Assembly: GCA_965223265.1 (NCBI GenBank)
Contig: OZ244999.1
Location: 1,536,001 to 1,600,000 of the forward strand
From: Planctomycetota bacterium
GTDB lineage: Bacteria; Planctomycetota; UBA8108; SXIK01
DNA length: 64,000 bases
Direction: 5' to 3'
Shown one piece after another: positions 62,367 through 64,000 of this stretch. The position numbers and the translations under genes are program-made. Each line of letters begins with the position of its first letter. The first letter of the stretch is position 1. Under the pieces are notes generated by a model. The model ran no database searches and was not told the origin of the DNA. It was given only the letters and a program-made list of their open reading frames with translations.

Positions 62367-63140
62367 ATGAACACGCATAGCGACGACGCAACGACAGAGT
62401 CTGAGTCCTACCGCCCGGATCATCTTCTACAATTCGGGGCCTGCCTCGTCATTGCGGCTGTGATTTCGACCTTGGTTGTCGCTGTGAGTCGTCATGGCTA
62501 CGAGGCGCCTGTCGGGGTGAAGATGATGTTCTTCTTGGCTTTTCTCGCCGAGGACAATGGGCTTGAGAACGCGACAGCGTTTTTGGTTCTACGCTTCGCA
62601 TCTGTCGCGCTGTGGATTCTTGTTCCGAGTTTTCTTTTTCTGGCGATTGCCACAGGCCGTCAGGTGCTTCGCTTCTCGCTCGTGATGTTCTGTGGTTTGG
62701 TGACGGCTGCGTTTGTCGGCGGCTGGAGCGCGTTTGATCCATCCGACGAGGCGTTCTTTCGGCGGAGCGTGAGACGGCACGTCGGTCAGGTCTTCGATCG
62801 TGCGGAGGGCCAGTTTGCTCACATTGTCGTGGGTCAACCCAGCGATCCGACGATGCAGAACTCACTCGTGGAAGTGTCGCTCCTTAAGGAGGACGGCGCG
62901 CGTTTTCATGTGCGACGGATGAGAGACCCTGCAACCGGACGTCTGATCGGACCGAACGGCGGATTCTTCTTGTTGCCGTCGCGCATGATGAGGCGCGGTC
63001 GTGTGGAGATTTGTTGGTATGATCGGACTCCGGCGATGCAGAACCGTGAAGTCCTGCTGGAAGTGAAGGCCGGTGCCCGATTGGAGACGGAAATCGTAGA
63101 ATGCCGTTTTGGGCAGACTGTCGCGGCGGTCGCTGAGTGA
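62367..63140 (+). CDS. Hypothetical membrane protein
   Basis: 257-aa ORF; 3-4 N-terminal hydrophobic segments and a soluble C-terminal domain; co-oriented with the array. Confidence 0.65.
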   Translation: MNTHSDDATTESESYRPDHLLQFGACLVIAAVISTLVVAVSRHGYEAPVGVKMMFFLAFLAEDNGLENATAFLVLRFASVALWILVPSFLFLAIATGRQVLRFSLVMFCGLVTAAFVGGWSAFDPSDEAFFRRSVRRHVGQVFDRAEGQFAHIVVGQPSDPTMQNSLVEVSLLKEDGARFHVRRMRDPATGRLIGPNGGFFLLPSRMMRRGRVEICWYDRTPAMQNREVLLEVKAGARLETEIVECRFGQTVAAVAE

Positions 63141-63181
63141 ACCACCACCGAGTTGACCATGTCGCGGCGAAGTGAGGTTTC

Positions 63182-63814
63182 GTGTCGATCCGTGAACGAC
63201 TTCGTCGACCTGAGACGCTCCTGGGAATTCTCGCGGTCATCATTCTGGCGGTGATCGTGTGGAGAGTCGTCGGGAGCTATCTCCTGGCGCCGAAGCCCGG
63301 TCAACTCGGCGCACGGCTTGTTCCTGTGCGCTTGAAACACACTGTTTTGACCAGGGAACACAATCCCTTCGGCAAGAAACACTCCAGCGTTACCGAGGAG
63401 GAGGATCCCGAGGGATCAATATTCGTCATCGATTACGGTCCGGTGCAGCATGAAAAACTACACTTCCCGAGCCCAATTCAGGAATTGCTGAAGCGAGATA
63501 GTGGGAACCTCTACGAGACTGACACGGCCCGGGTATTTCACTCATGGCAGCAAGATCAGTTGGCGTATGCCCCGACGATTGTGGGCACGTTCCGCTCCTG
63601 GGATGGGCTCTACTACGAATGGAAAATCGAGATCACTCCCGCGATTCTCCGTCCTGGTACGAAAACGGTTGACTACTCGGTGTTCATCCTGGTTTCGGGC
63701 CGAAGGACCTACGAAATCAAAGTCTCGGCGACCCACGATTACACCGGCGACGATGGGAACGGCACGACAGAGGTGGAGTGGTACGGGCCACTTCGAGTCC
63801 ACGAGCGCCAGTAA
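63182..63814 (+). CDS. Hypothetical single-TM protein
   Basis: GTG start after GAGG; TM LLGILAVIILAVIVW; beta-rich C-terminal domain. Confidence 0.65.
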   Translation: MSIRERLRRPETLLGILAVIILAVIVWRVVGSYLLAPKPGQLGARLVPVRLKHTVLTREHNPFGKKHSSVTEEEDPEGSIFVIDYGPVQHEKLHFPSPIQELLKRDSGNLYETDTARVFHSWQQDQLAYAPTIVGTFRSWDGLYYEWKIEITPAILRPGTKTVDYSVFILVSGRRTYEIKVSATHDYTGDDGNGTTEVEWYGPLRVHERQ

Positions 63815-64000
63815 GCGAGGCGCGACGCGATACTCGCTTCCCTCACGCCCCGGAGCCTTGACTGTCACGTTACTTCGTCGCCACCACGAGAAGCCGCGCA
63901 TCTGAATGACCCTCGTCGCCCGCTTGGTCGGCGACTGGAATCCGCAGGCCGCAAATCGCCAGAGCGTTTGCAACGCTGCCTTTTCGCCCTTGACTCTCCA

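Noticed and set aside
63815-64000. Possible gene start at the window end
   Set aside because: Too short, with no RBS or motif to support it.

Overview
GC-rich bacterial window with Planctomycetota hallmarks: DUF1501 proteins, a DUF1549/DUF1553 cytochrome-c protein, a PVC-type CxxCH heme protein, a sulfatase, and four secreted proteins with an N-terminal dockerin-like module. No rRNA, tRNA, CRISPR array or transposase was seen. Most notable: (1) a 2105-aa teneurin-like RHS/YD protein with a dockerin tag, an unrecognised 120-aa C-terminal cargo and no adjacent immunity gene; (2) a tightly coupled minus-strand operon of three glycosyltransferases, an ABC exporter, two APH-like kinases and an AlgE-like porin, followed by a beta-helix protein, which looks like an uncharacterised glycan synthesis, phosphorylation and export system; (3) a (CT)15 microsatellite that puts a signal peptide out of frame (candidate phase variation); (4) a duplicated array of unknown membrane-protein gene pairs plus a chimeric derivative; (5) several non-coding repeats, including GTAG-type REPs with a compensatory base-pair change and a TTAA-flanked hairpin MITE. 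All family calls come from motif recognition by eye; no searches were run.
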